Position numbers and translations under genes: made by a program. The notes beneath the pieces are model-generated. The model made no database searches. It had not been told where the DNA came from and worked only from the letters and a program-made list of their open reading frames with translations. Below are positions 19,016 through 27,829 of a DNA stretch of 60,174 nucleotides, one piece after another; position 1 is the first letter of the stretch, and each line of letters begins with the position of its first letter. Source of the DNA: an uncultured Dehalococcoidia bacterium (lineage in GTDB: Bacteria > Chloroflexota > Dehalococcoidia > SM23-28-2); the NCBI GenBank assembly GCA_964512285.1, contig CAZEJO010000008.1, positions 1-60,174 on the forward strand, read 5' to 3'.

Positions 19016-20692
19016 ATGTCTGAGGAAGAGAAGCTGCGAGAGATCGAGAGGGCACAGGAGGAGTACGAGAGGCTGGCTGCTCAGTTCTTTAGCCGCTACC
19101 CCCGGGTGACCGAGAGACGGACGACGTTTGGCGTGCCTCTCAAGCCTCTCTATACACCCCTGGACGTCGCCGGCAGCGACTACCTGCGCGACCTGGGCTT
19201 TCCGGCTGGCTACCCCCTCACCCGTGGGGCGAGCCCCTTGGGCTATCGCACCAAGGAATGGACGCGGCGGCAGGTGGTGGGGCTGGGCACGGCCGAGGAG
19301 ACTAATGAGAGGCTGCGCTATCTGTTCGAGCAGGGCCAGACGGGCTTCAGCGTGTGCGGCATGGGCTATGCTCCCTACGAATCGAGCGATGAGCGCTCGC
19401 TGGGGATTCTGGGTCGTGGCGGCGTCTGGATCGACACCCTGTACGACATCGAGACGCTGTTCCAGGGCATCGACATGGAACGGATCACAATCAACCAGAT
19501 CGGCGAGTCGGTGGCGATTTTCGCCATGATCCTCTCGGAGGCCCGGCGGCGGGGCATCCCCTTCGAGAACCTGCGGGGCACCATTCAGAACGTGGTCTTG
19601 CCAGGGGGTGAAGGGCCGGGGCTGCGAGGCAACCACGGCGTGGATGTGGTCGAGTACTGCTGCCGCCATCTGCCTCGCTGGAATCACACCAGCGTATCCG
19701 CCCGCGATGTCCGCGAGCAGGGCATCTCCTCGGTGCAAGAGATCGCTGTGGCCATGTACGGGGGAGTGGGCACGATCAATGCGGCTCTGGCCCGAGGGAT
19801 CGACATTGACGTCGTAGCACCTCGCGTGACGTTCTTCCTGAGCGCGGAGGACGAGTTCCTGGAGGAGGTGGCCAAGTATCGGGCGGCGCGGCGCATGTGG
19901 GCTCGCCTGATGCGCGAGCGGTTCGGCGCCAAGGACCCGCGCTCCTGGCTGATGCGTTTCCACGTCCAGACCTCGGCGATTAGCCTCACAGCCCAGCAGC
20001 CGCTGCAGAACATCATTCGCTCGACGATCCATGCGCTGGCTGCCGTGCTTGGCGGTGCGCAGTCCATGTCGGTCAACTCTTTTGATGAAGTCCTCGCCAT
20101 TCCCACCGAGGCGGCGGCCATCCTCTCGCTGCGCACTCAGCAGATCATCCTCCACGAGACGGACGCGGCGGTCGTGATCGACCCGCTGGGAGGCTCCTAT
20201 TGCATCGAGGCTCTGACCAACCAACTGGAGGATGAGGCGGGAAAGCTCCTGGCTCATCTGGAGGAGATGGGTGGGGAGAAGGCCTGGGCCTACATGTGGG
20301 AGGAGGCCCACCAGGCGGGCTACCGTCGCCAGCAGGCCGTCGATACAGGTGAAAGGGCGATGGTAGGGGTCAACTGCTACGTGATGGAGGAAGAAGAGGA
20401 GAAGGCGCTGGGGCTGGACGTCGGCCAGGTCTTCGAGTACGACCCCACCTGGCGGGACAAGCAGATCGCTCGCCTGGAGAAGGTGAAGCGAGAACGCGAC
20501 GCTCAGAAGGTCGAGGCGGCCAAGAAGCGGCTGGTGGCGGCTTATGAGGCCAGGGAGAACATCGTCGAGCCGATGATGGAGGCGGTGCAGGCCTATCTGA
20601 GCATCGGCGAGATCGTCGAGCTGCTGGCGGCAGTGTACGGTCTGGATGAGCTGGAGAAGCGGCACGGCTTCTATTTGAGCTTCCTCTACTAG
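19016..20692 (+). CDS. B12-dependent acyl-CoA mutase large (substrate-binding) subunit, divergent active site
   Basis: YPLTRG, WTRRQ, TAEETNER, GTIQN, EEVAKYRAARRMW, FHVQT, ALAAVLGGAQS, NSFDE, DPLGGSY. ATG at 19016 follows GAGGGG. Confidence 0.92.
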   Translation: MSEEEKLREIERAQEEYERLAAQFFSRYPRVTERRTTFGVPLKPLYTPLDVAGSDYLRDLGFPAGYPLTRGASPLGYRTKEWTRRQVVGLGTAEETNERLRYLFEQGQTGFSVCGMGYAPYESSDERSLGILGRGGVWIDTLYDIETLFQGIDMERITINQIGESVAIFAMILSEARRRGIPFENLRGTIQNVVLPGGEGPGLRGNHGVDVVEYCCRHLPRWNHTSVSARDVREQGISSVQEIAVAMYGGVGTINAALARGIDIDVVAPRVTFFLSAEDEFLEEVAKYRAARRMWARLMRERFGAKDPRSWLMRFHVQTSAISLTAQQPLQNIIRSTIHALAAVLGGAQSMSVNSFDEVLAIPTEAAAILSLRTQQIILHETDAAVVIDPLGGSYCIEALTNQLEDEAGKLLAHLEEMGGEKAWAYMWEEAHQAGYRRQQAVDTGERAMVGVNCYVMEEEEEKALGLDVGQVFEYDPTWRDKQIARLEKVKRERDAQKVEAAKKRLVAAYEARENIVEPMMEAVQAYLSIGEIVELLAAVYGLDELEKRHGFYLSFLY

Positions 20693-20747
20693 AGGGTAAG
20701 ACCAGGCAGGGCTGAAGCCCCGCAGCTACGATCCTCTGGAGTGACCT

Positions 20748-21158
20748 ATGACTGGAGAGAAGAAGATTCGCTTCCTGCTGGTGGCCGACACGCCCGGTCA
20801 CACCACCGGTTACTACGTGGTGGCCAGGGCCCTGCGGGAAGCCGGCATCGAGGTGATCCTGGGCGGCTTTCAGCAGCCGTCCGGCATGGTAGAGGCGGCG
20901 GCGCAGGAAGACGTGGACTACATCGGCTACCGCATCATGGATCGAGAGCCGTGCCTTGTCGTCTCCCTGCTGATGGAGCGGCTGAAGGAGAGGGGGCTGG
21001 AGCACGTTCAGGTGGTGGCAGGAGGCATCATCCCCAGGCAGGACATTCCCAAGCTCAAGGCGATGGGCGTGGGCCAGATCTTCCGGCCGGGCGCGAAGCT
21101 GGCGGACATTGTGGCCTACGTGAAGGGCCACGCCCCCAGGAGCGCTGGGTCGGCTTGA
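20748..21158 (+). CDS. Acyl-CoA mutase small cobalamin-binding subunit
   Basis: GHTTG..VVARALREAGIEVI, QEDVD.IG, AGGIIP..D, GV..IF.PG. Confidence 0.9.
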   Translation: MTGEKKIRFLLVADTPGHTTGYYVVARALREAGIEVILGGFQQPSGMVEAAAQEDVDYIGYRIMDREPCLVVSLLMERLKERGLEHVQVVAGGIIPRQDIPKLKAMGVGQIFRPGAKLADIVAYVKGHAPRSAGSA

Positions 21159-21299
21159 CGTTCCCCACCAGGCCGGACCGTCCATTCTGGCAGCCGCTCT
21201 GAGCACGCAAACGGGTGGCTCTACGTCATAGCGAAGGCGGGGGGATACACAATCCTACCAGCTCCACACAGCCGGGTCATTTGCTCTCCCTGAATGGAA

Positions 21300-21329
21300 T
21301 TGCTATCTTGTGGCTACGCGGACTATATT
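21300..21329 (+). promoter_or_regulatory. Putative sigma70 promoter of the acx operon
   Basis: TTGCTA-N18-TATATT in an AT-rich stretch about 50 nt upstream of acxA. Confidence 0.45.
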
Positions 21330-21380
21330 AAATTCTTGGTCTTTGCTCTTGGTGCAGATACGTCTGTGGGGAGAGGCTAG

Positions 21381-23507
21381 ATGACGGAAGCGCGAGTGTT
21401 CGCTATCGATGCCGGTGGCACCATGACCGACGCCTTTGTGGTGCTGGAGGACGGGCGGTTCGCGGTTGGGAAAGCGCAGACCACGCCGGACGATGAGTCC
21501 GAGGGCGTCCTGAGATCGTTTGAAGATGCCATCGCCGGCCTGGACGGGGACACCGGGGCGGCCGCGACGGGCCTGGCCGCCACCATCTACTCGGGCACGC
21601 TTATGCTCAACCGTCTGCTTCAGCGAGAGGGAGAGGGGGGCATAGGCGTCATCACGACCGCCGGCTTCGAGGATGTCCTGCGCTTCGGTCGGGCGTTCCA
21701 ATCGTATGCCGGCTACCCATACAGTGAGCGGCTCCACGCCAGGTCGCACGGCTACCCGGAGCCTATCGTTCCCCGCAGCCTCGTGCGGGGGGTGCGGGGG
21801 CGTATCCACCTCATCGGGATGGAGATGATCCCGCTGTACGAGGGGGAAGCACGGGAGGCCATCGGCTACCTGCTGGATCGGGGAGTGAGGGCCGTCTGCA
21901 TCTGCTTCCTCTACTCGTACCAGAACCCCAGCCACGAGCGGCGGATGGCCGAGATCGCGCGAGAGGTCATGAGCGAGCGCGGCGTGGACATCCCTTTGTA
22001 CCTATCAAGCGAGCAGAACCCCGTTCGGGGCGAACTGCCACGGCTGAACAGCTTGATCCTGGAGGTCTACGCCGCCCGGCCGTCGCGGCTCCAGCTCGTC
22101 CGGATGCGAGAGCGGCTCAAGGAGCTGGGGTCGCCTGCTCCTTTCCGCATCCTTACCTCCTACGGCGGAACTGTCTCCCCAGAGCACGAGTGGCTGGTCT
22201 CCACGCTCGTCTCCGGTCCCATCGGCGGGATTATCGGGGCAAACCGTCTGGGAGATCACCTGGGGATCGACAACCTGGTGTGCGCCGACATCGGCGGAAC
22301 GAGCTTTGACGTCGGCCTGATCACCGAGGGCCACCATGCCATCCGTACCGAATGGGCGTTGGCGCAGTTCGTGCTCAACACTCCGATGATCGCCATGGAC
22401 TCCATCGGGGCGGGCACGGGCACCTACGTGAGGCTCGACCCGGTGATCCGGCGCATCAACCTGGGGCCCGATTCCGCTGGCCATCGCGTGGGAGTCTGCT
22501 ACGAGGCCGGCGGGGTGGATACGCCGACAGTCACCGACTGTCACGTGGTTTTGGGCTACGTGAATCCCGACTACTTCCTCGGCGGGGAAATTCCGCTGAG
22601 TGCGGAGCGAGCGCGGCAGGCGCTCAAGGATAAGATCGCCCAGCCGCTAGGGATAGAGCCCGAGGAGGTGGCCTGGGGGATTATCCAGCTCCTGGAGACG
22701 CAGATGCGGGATCACCTCGCGGCCATGATCCTCGGCCTCGGGTACTCGCCGGAGAACTACCACCTGCTGACGTACGGGGGCGGCGGGCCTCTGCATGTGG
22801 CAGCGCTGAGCCGGGGGTTGCAGTTTGAGGGGGTTCTAGTGCCCTCGTGGGCAGCGGCCTTCTCCGCCTACGGCTGCGCCTGTGCGGACTGCGCCTATCG
22901 CTACGACCGTACGGTCGACAAGGTTCTGCCGCCCGATCGCTCAGGTCACCAGGCGGTTGCAGGGCTGCTGCGCCATGCCTGGGCTGAGATCCGCGAGCGC
23001 CTCGCTGGGGAACTGGGCCGCGATGGCCTCGACCCAGAGCGTATGGTCTTCCAGCCCTATGTGCGAATGCAGTACCGGGGCATGCTGGACGACCTGGAGA
23101 TTCCTTCGCCTTCAGCGGAGCCCTCTCCCGAAGACCTGGATGCCATCATCGCCGAGTACGAGCGTCTCTTCGAGCGCATCTTCGCGCGGGCGGCGAAAAG
23201 CGCTGAGGCGGGCTACGTAGTGACCAAGGCCATCGGGGTTGGCATCGTGCCCACGGAGAAGCCGCGCATTCCCGAGCTGCCTCTCCAGGGCCAGGAGCCG
23301 GCGAAAGGCTCCATGAAGGGGCGGCGTCAGATTTTCTGGGACGGGTCCTGGACGACGGCGGAGCTCTTCGAGATGGATAGGCTCCAGCCGGGGAACGTTG
23401 TGGCAGGCCCCGCCGTTGTGGAGGCTCCGGCGACTACCCTTCTGGTGCCCCCAGGATGGCGGGCCAACCTGGACAAGAACCTAATCTTCAGGGTGGAGGA
23501 GGTATAG
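21381..23507 (+). CDS. acxA: Acetone carboxylase-like beta subunit (hydantoinase A/oxoprolinase family)
   Basis: IDAGGTMTD.F, GKAQTTP.DES, YSGT.MLNR, VSGPIGG, DIGGTSFD, DSIGAGTG, LGPDSAG, YGGGGPLH. Confidence 0.88.
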   Translation: MTEARVFAIDAGGTMTDAFVVLEDGRFAVGKAQTTPDDESEGVLRSFEDAIAGLDGDTGAAATGLAATIYSGTLMLNRLLQREGEGGIGVITTAGFEDVLRFGRAFQSYAGYPYSERLHARSHGYPEPIVPRSLVRGVRGRIHLIGMEMIPLYEGEAREAIGYLLDRGVRAVCICFLYSYQNPSHERRMAEIAREVMSERGVDIPLYLSSEQNPVRGELPRLNSLILEVYAARPSRLQLVRMRERLKELGSPAPFRILTSYGGTVSPEHEWLVSTLVSGPIGGIIGANRLGDHLGIDNLVCADIGGTSFDVGLITEGHHAIRTEWALAQFVLNTPMIAMDSIGAGTGTYVRLDPVIRRINLGPDSAGHRVGVCYEAGGVDTPTVTDCHVVLGYVNPDYFLGGEIPLSAERARQALKDKIAQPLGIEPEEVAWGIIQLLETQMRDHLAAMILGLGYSPENYHLLTYGGGGPLHVAALSRGLQFEGVLVPSWAAAFSAYGCACADCAYRYDRTVDKVLPPDRSGHQAVAGLLRHAWAEIRERLAGELGRDGLDPERMVFQPYVRMQYRGMLDDLEIPSPSAEPSPEDLDAIIAEYERLFERIFARAAKSAEAGYVVTKAIGVGIVPTEKPRIPELPLQGQEPAKGSMKGRRQIFWDGSWTTAELFEMDRLQPGNVVAGPAVVEAPATTLLVPPGWRANLDKNLIFRVEEV

Positions 23508-23511
23508 GCTC

Positions 23512-25728
23512 ATGGCTCGGGCAAAGGGCGACGTAGGTGGCGCTCCCATCGGCTGGGACGGGAAGACCGTTCTGGCGATGCTGGAAGAGAGCGAGCGCCT
23601 GTTCCAGGAAACGGGGCGCTATCAGGGCATCGATCGGCTTGAGCTCAAGGAAGGAGACCACTTCCGATACGAGCGGGCTTTTGCCAAGTTGCGCGGCGCT
23701 CTGGTGGCTGCCCGCGAGACCGCGCTGCACATATCGGCCTCCCCCATCGTGCGCAACATCGGCGAGCTGTGCTTCGCCCTCTACACGCCCGAGGGCGATT
23801 CCGTCGCCGTCTCCACCGGCATCATGGTCCACGTTCACACCATGAGCGAGGCTCTCAAGTGGATGGTTCGCAATAACTACGAACGCGACCCCGGCATTCG
23901 GCCTGGCGACATATTTACCAACAACGACCCCGACGTGGGGAACGTCCACACCACTGACGTGCACACCATGGTTCCTATCTTCTGGGAGGATGAGCTTATC
24001 GGCTGGGCCAGCGGGGTAACCCATCAGGTGGATATCGGCGCCAATACGCCGGGCCACGACCCAATCACGCCCACCAGTCGGTTTGAGGACGGCTTCCACC
24101 TGACCTGCGAGCGGATCGGGGAGAATGAGCAGATCCGCCAGGATCACCGCCTCCGCTCACAGCGGCAGGTGCGTTCCCCCTTGTACTGGGACCTGGACGA
24201 GAAGTGCCGCGCGGCTGGCGCTTACCTGATCCGTGACGCTGTTCATCGCTTCATTGCTGAAGAAGGCATTGACTACTACAAGCGCTTCACGCGGGAGGTG
24301 GTGGAGGAAGGCCGGCGCATCTTCATGGCACGAGTCCGAGAGCGGCTGCTGCCCGGCCGCTACCGGGCTGCAGCCTTCGTTGGCATTCCATGGAAGGAAG
24401 AGGCGTGGCAGCCGAAGGCCCGCAAAGACTTCATCTGCCACTCTCCCATGGAGATCGTCATTGGCCGGGACGGTGACTTCTTCCTCACCATGGAGGGAGC
24501 GAGCGCGCCAGGTTTCCATGCGTTCAACTGCGCCGAAGGGCCGATGCAGGGAGCGATCTGGGTGCTGCTCTCTCAGATGCTTGTCTACGACGGCAAGGTG
24601 AACGATGGGTCATACCTGGCGCTGCGCCATTACTTCCCGCCGGGAACCTGGTGCAACGCCCAGGATCCCCAACTGTCGTACTCCACGCCGTGGGCCTTTC
24701 TCATCCCCGCTTTCACCGGCCTCACTCGTTGCCTGTCCAGAGCGTTGTTTGCCCGCGGCTATCGGGAGGAGGTGGTCTCCGGCTACGGCTTCACCGGAGA
24801 CGCCATCCAGGGAGGCGGCACCCTCGCTTTCAACGGCGAGTACTGGCCGGCCGCTAATTTCGAGATAAGCGCCGTCGGCCTGGGCGCCAGCGCCGTGCGC
24901 GACGGGCTGGACTGGGGCTACGCCATGTGGAACCCGGAGTCGGACCAGGGCGATGCCGAACTGTGGGAGCTGTTAGAGATAGGAATTCCCTATCTAGCCC
25001 GGCGGGTAAAGGCGAACACGGCTGGCTACGGCAAGTACCGCGGCGGTTCGGGCTGGGAAGCTTTGCGGCTGCTCGTGGGGAACCGTGATGCTGAACTCTA
25101 CATGGCCCGGGCGGACGGGCTGACCTTCATGGGCTCCGGGATCTTCGGCGGTTATCCGCAGGCGACCAGCTACCGCCTCTGGAGCAGAGGCAGTGAGATT
25201 ATGGATCGGGCTGCCAAAGGGCAACCCTACCCCCTGGGCGACGACCCGGACACGGAGGAGTTTGAACAGCTAGTGGGTGGCGAGGTAACGCGAAGAGCCA
25301 CCGCGATGATGATGCCGGAGATCTTCCACGACAGAGATGTGCTCCACTACGTTCTTTCCGGTGGACCCGGCTGCGGTGACCCTCTGGAGCGCTCTGGGCA
25401 GCGGGTGGTGGACGATATCAATGATGGCATCTTCAGCGAGCGCACTGCGAGAGACGTGTTCGGCGTTGTGGCCAACCGCGACGAGGGGCAGGAGAAGTGG
25501 ACGTTGGACAAGGAAGCGACGGACGCGCGACGGCAGGAGATCCGACGCCTGCGGGCCGAACGCTCTGTGCCCTACGAGGAGTTCTGGCAGCGCGAGCGTC
25601 AGCTCATCGAAGAGGGGCAGTTGGGCGAGCCCGTTCGGGGCATGCTTCGCGAAAGCATGGGTCTATCGCAAGCTTGGGCGCAGGAGTTTCGGGCCTTCTG
25701 GAAGCTGCCCGAGGGCTTCCAGCCGTAG
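23512..25728 (+). CDS. acxB: Acetone carboxylase-like alpha subunit (hydantoinase B family)
   Basis: PIGWDGKT, ARETA..ISASPIV...GELCF, GNVH..D, GVTH..D (metal-ligand positions), LDEK.R.AG, WNPE.D.G, GYGKYRGG.G. Confidence 0.88.
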   Translation: MARAKGDVGGAPIGWDGKTVLAMLEESERLFQETGRYQGIDRLELKEGDHFRYERAFAKLRGALVAARETALHISASPIVRNIGELCFALYTPEGDSVAVSTGIMVHVHTMSEALKWMVRNNYERDPGIRPGDIFTNNDPDVGNVHTTDVHTMVPIFWEDELIGWASGVTHQVDIGANTPGHDPITPTSRFEDGFHLTCERIGENEQIRQDHRLRSQRQVRSPLYWDLDEKCRAAGAYLIRDAVHRFIAEEGIDYYKRFTREVVEEGRRIFMARVRERLLPGRYRAAAFVGIPWKEEAWQPKARKDFICHSPMEIVIGRDGDFFLTMEGASAPGFHAFNCAEGPMQGAIWVLLSQMLVYDGKVNDGSYLALRHYFPPGTWCNAQDPQLSYSTPWAFLIPAFTGLTRCLSRALFARGYREEVVSGYGFTGDAIQGGGTLAFNGEYWPAANFEISAVGLGASAVRDGLDWGYAMWNPESDQGDAELWELLEIGIPYLARRVKANTAGYGKYRGGSGWEALRLLVGNRDAELYMARADGLTFMGSGIFGGYPQATSYRLWSRGSEIMDRAAKGQPYPLGDDPDTEEFEQLVGGEVTRRATAMMMPEIFHDRDVLHYVLSGGPGCGDPLERSGQRVVDDINDGIFSERTARDVFGVVANRDEGQEKWTLDKEATDARRQEIRRLRAERSVPYEEFWQRERQLIEEGQLGEPVRGMLRESMGLSQAWAQEFRAFWKLPEGFQP

Positions 25729-25738
25729 GAGGGGCGAG

Positions 25739-26230
25739 ATGGACAGACGAGTGGCCGAGGACTTGATCGACGGGCGGCTATCCTGGCCTCAGCTTAGAGA
25801 GATCCTCTTCCATCCTAAGGACCCTGAGCGGTTCCAGGTAGTCATGGACATCTTGCGAGAGCGCCTCGGCTGGGAAGAACCGGTTCTCCTCCCTCTAGCC
25901 GAGCACCTCTACGTGGTGCAGAAGGGAAGCCAGCGGGTGGTGCGCTGCGACTGCGGGTTCGAGTTCGGGGACTGCCGCGAAAACTGGAAGACGAAGGCGC
26001 GGGTCCTTGTGCGCAACGACGAATCGCTGCTGCGGGAGCTCTACCCGCAGATGATGCACAGTGACCCCGAGTGGATGGAGCTGCGGGAGTTCTACTGCCC
26101 GGGCTGCTTCGCCCTGCTGGAGGTTGAGGCGGTGCCTCCCGGCTATCCGGTCATGTTCGATTTCGAGCCCGACATCGATGGATTCTACGAATGGTTGGGG
26201 TTGCCGCTGCCGTCAAGCATCAGCGATTAG
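25739..26230 (+). CDS. acxC: Acetone carboxylase-like gamma subunit
   Basis: KDPERF, PLAEHLYVV, CDCG.EFGD.RENWK, REFYCPGC, P.YPV..DFEPDIDGFY. Start MDRRV follows GGAGG. Confidence 0.9.
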   Translation: MDRRVAEDLIDGRLSWPQLREILFHPKDPERFQVVMDILRERLGWEEPVLLPLAEHLYVVQKGSQRVVRCDCGFEFGDCRENWKTKARVLVRNDESLLRELYPQMMHSDPEWMELREFYCPGCFALLEVEAVPPGYPVMFDFEPDIDGFYEWLGLPLPSSISD

Positions 26231-26253
26231 TTGTGGGGCGGTGGGGTGCTGGC

Positions 26254-27675
26254 CTAGGCGGCGAAGGCGGAGGCCCAGCGAACTGCCTCCGACAGATGCG
26301 AGCGAAGTACTTCGAAGCTGAAGTATCGTTTGCCTACGTCAATGTTGTGATGGGTGACGTTCTGGCGCTCCTTCTGATCCGTCAGAAGCGTCACCATCTC
26401 CTGCGCCGCGCTGGCTAACACTCCGGCGGGTACGCGGACGAGTCCTGCCGGGTCGCTCTCCTCCAGCACGGTGTCTCCCAGCGAGATGACCCGCACGCCC
26501 TTTGGTGCGATGTCTTCTCTGAAGACGGGGTATTCGAATACCGCCACGGGGAGGCCAGCGGCAAAGGCCTCCAGCAGTTGGTTGCCGAATCCCTCCCAGC
26601 CTGACGGGTAGAGCACAAAGTCGGCCATCGTGTACATATCGGGGTAAAGGGCATAGAATCTCTCCTCCGCCACACGTAGGGGAAGAACCTCGTCTCCCAC
26701 ATACAGCCAGTCGACCTTCAGCGTATCGAGCAGGGCGGAGAGGCTTTCTCGGTAATCGGCGAAGGCGCGTTCGGGTCTGCCCGCCAGAACGAGCACGATC
26801 CGACTCTCCTGGCTGAACACCTCGCCGTGGTACAGGGTTTTGCCGACTATGTCTCGGCGAAGACCCTGCAATACGGCGGCCAGGTGAGCCGCCAACTCTA
26901 TCTGCTTATTCGGCACGATACGAGCTCCGACGAAGAGCACAACATCAGACCTGTCGATACCATGCTTGGCCCGGAGTTCCCCTCGGATCCTTGCGTAATC
27001 TGGGGCATCGAGCCGGTGGCGAAAATCCATGGTGTCGTGGATGATTCCGGCCCGGACGCCCCTTGTGCCGAGAGCCCTCTGGTTGCGCGTGTTGATCGTC
27101 CAGTGGGAGAGGTTCGGCATCTTGGGAGGGAAATACCCATCAAGCAGCGACTGCGCGAATCTGCACGTCGCGGTGAACTTGTAGGCCCCTTCGCTGAGGA
27201 TATCGTGGTGGATCGCCACACAGGGCAGGCGCAGGTCTGCGAGCAGCTCGGCGAGACTGACCGTGGCCACGGGATGAACGGGCAGCGATAGCATGTTGTG
27301 GACAAAGAGCATGTCCGGCGCCAAGGTCTTGATCCCATCGCTCAGTTCTCGCTTCAGCTCTGCGACGGCTCGCCCGAAAGCGCGCTCAAGGTCGGCCTCG
27401 TCGGCGAAGTCAGTGATCCCGTGGCCGAAGAGATTGTTCATCATCACCGCCACATCTTGGCGGTCGAATTCCAGCGCCGGCACGGAGAGGTCTGCCCAAT
27501 CGTAGGCCGAGCAGACGGCGACCTGATGGCCCATCGCTTCGAGAAGGGCCTGGCGCTTCATGATCTCGAGGGATACGCCGTCAGTACCAGCCGAGTCGGT
27601 CACATCTGCCGCGGTTCGGCGGCCGCCTTCAGCGCGCGTCCGGGCGGAGCGGAAGTGGACAATGAGCACCTTCAT
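26254..27675 (-). CDS. GT4 glycosyltransferase (MggS / mannosylglucosylglycerate-synthase-like)
   Basis: GTDGVSLE, HHD, RIVPNKQIE, YPS.WEGFGNQLLEA. Confidence 0.82.
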   Translation of the reverse strand: MKVLIVHFRSARTRAEGGRRTAADVTDSAGTDGVSLEIMKRQALLEAMGHQVAVCSAYDWADLSVPALEFDRQDVAVMMNNLFGHGITDFADEADLERAFGRAVAELKRELSDGIKTLAPDMLFVHNMLSLPVHPVATVSLAELLADLRLPCVAIHHDILSEGAYKFTATCRFAQSLLDGYFPPKMPNLSHWTINTRNQRALGTRGVRAGIIHDTMDFRHRLDAPDYARIRGELRAKHGIDRSDVVLFVGARIVPNKQIELAAHLAAVLQGLRRDIVGKTLYHGEVFSQESRIVLVLAGRPERAFADYRESLSALLDTLKVDWLYVGDEVLPLRVAEERFYALYPDMYTMADFVLYPSGWEGFGNQLLEAFAAGLPVAVFEYPVFREDIAPKGVRVISLGDTVLEESDPAGLVRVPAGVLASAAQEMVTLLTDQKERQNVTHHNIDVGKRYFSFEVLRSHLSEAVRWASAFAA

Positions 27676-27740
27676 GCAGTCGACTCCGTTCCTTGAAAGG
27701 TGGTCTCTTTTCCATGGTACCGGTCAATAGCGGTTGCCTA

Positions 27741-27780
27741 TGGGGTGCCAATATGCCATCCGGCTGTTCGCAGGTCAAGC
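27741..27780. repeat. 40-bp motif, copy 2 of 2; doubles as putative minus-strand promoter of the GT4 gene
   Basis: tggggtgccaatat-N14-cgcaggtcaagc; the reverse strand reads TTGACC-N17-CATATT. Confidence 0.7.
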
Positions 27781-27829
27781 GGTCACGGAGTCGTGGTCGT
27801 AGTGCAGAAGGCTGCCCGGGCTCCGACCC

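Noticed and set aside
18968-20665. 565-aa minus-strand ORF and many other long overlapping ORFs
   Set aside because: Antisense or alternate-frame shadows of well-supported genes in GC-rich DNA, with no motifs.
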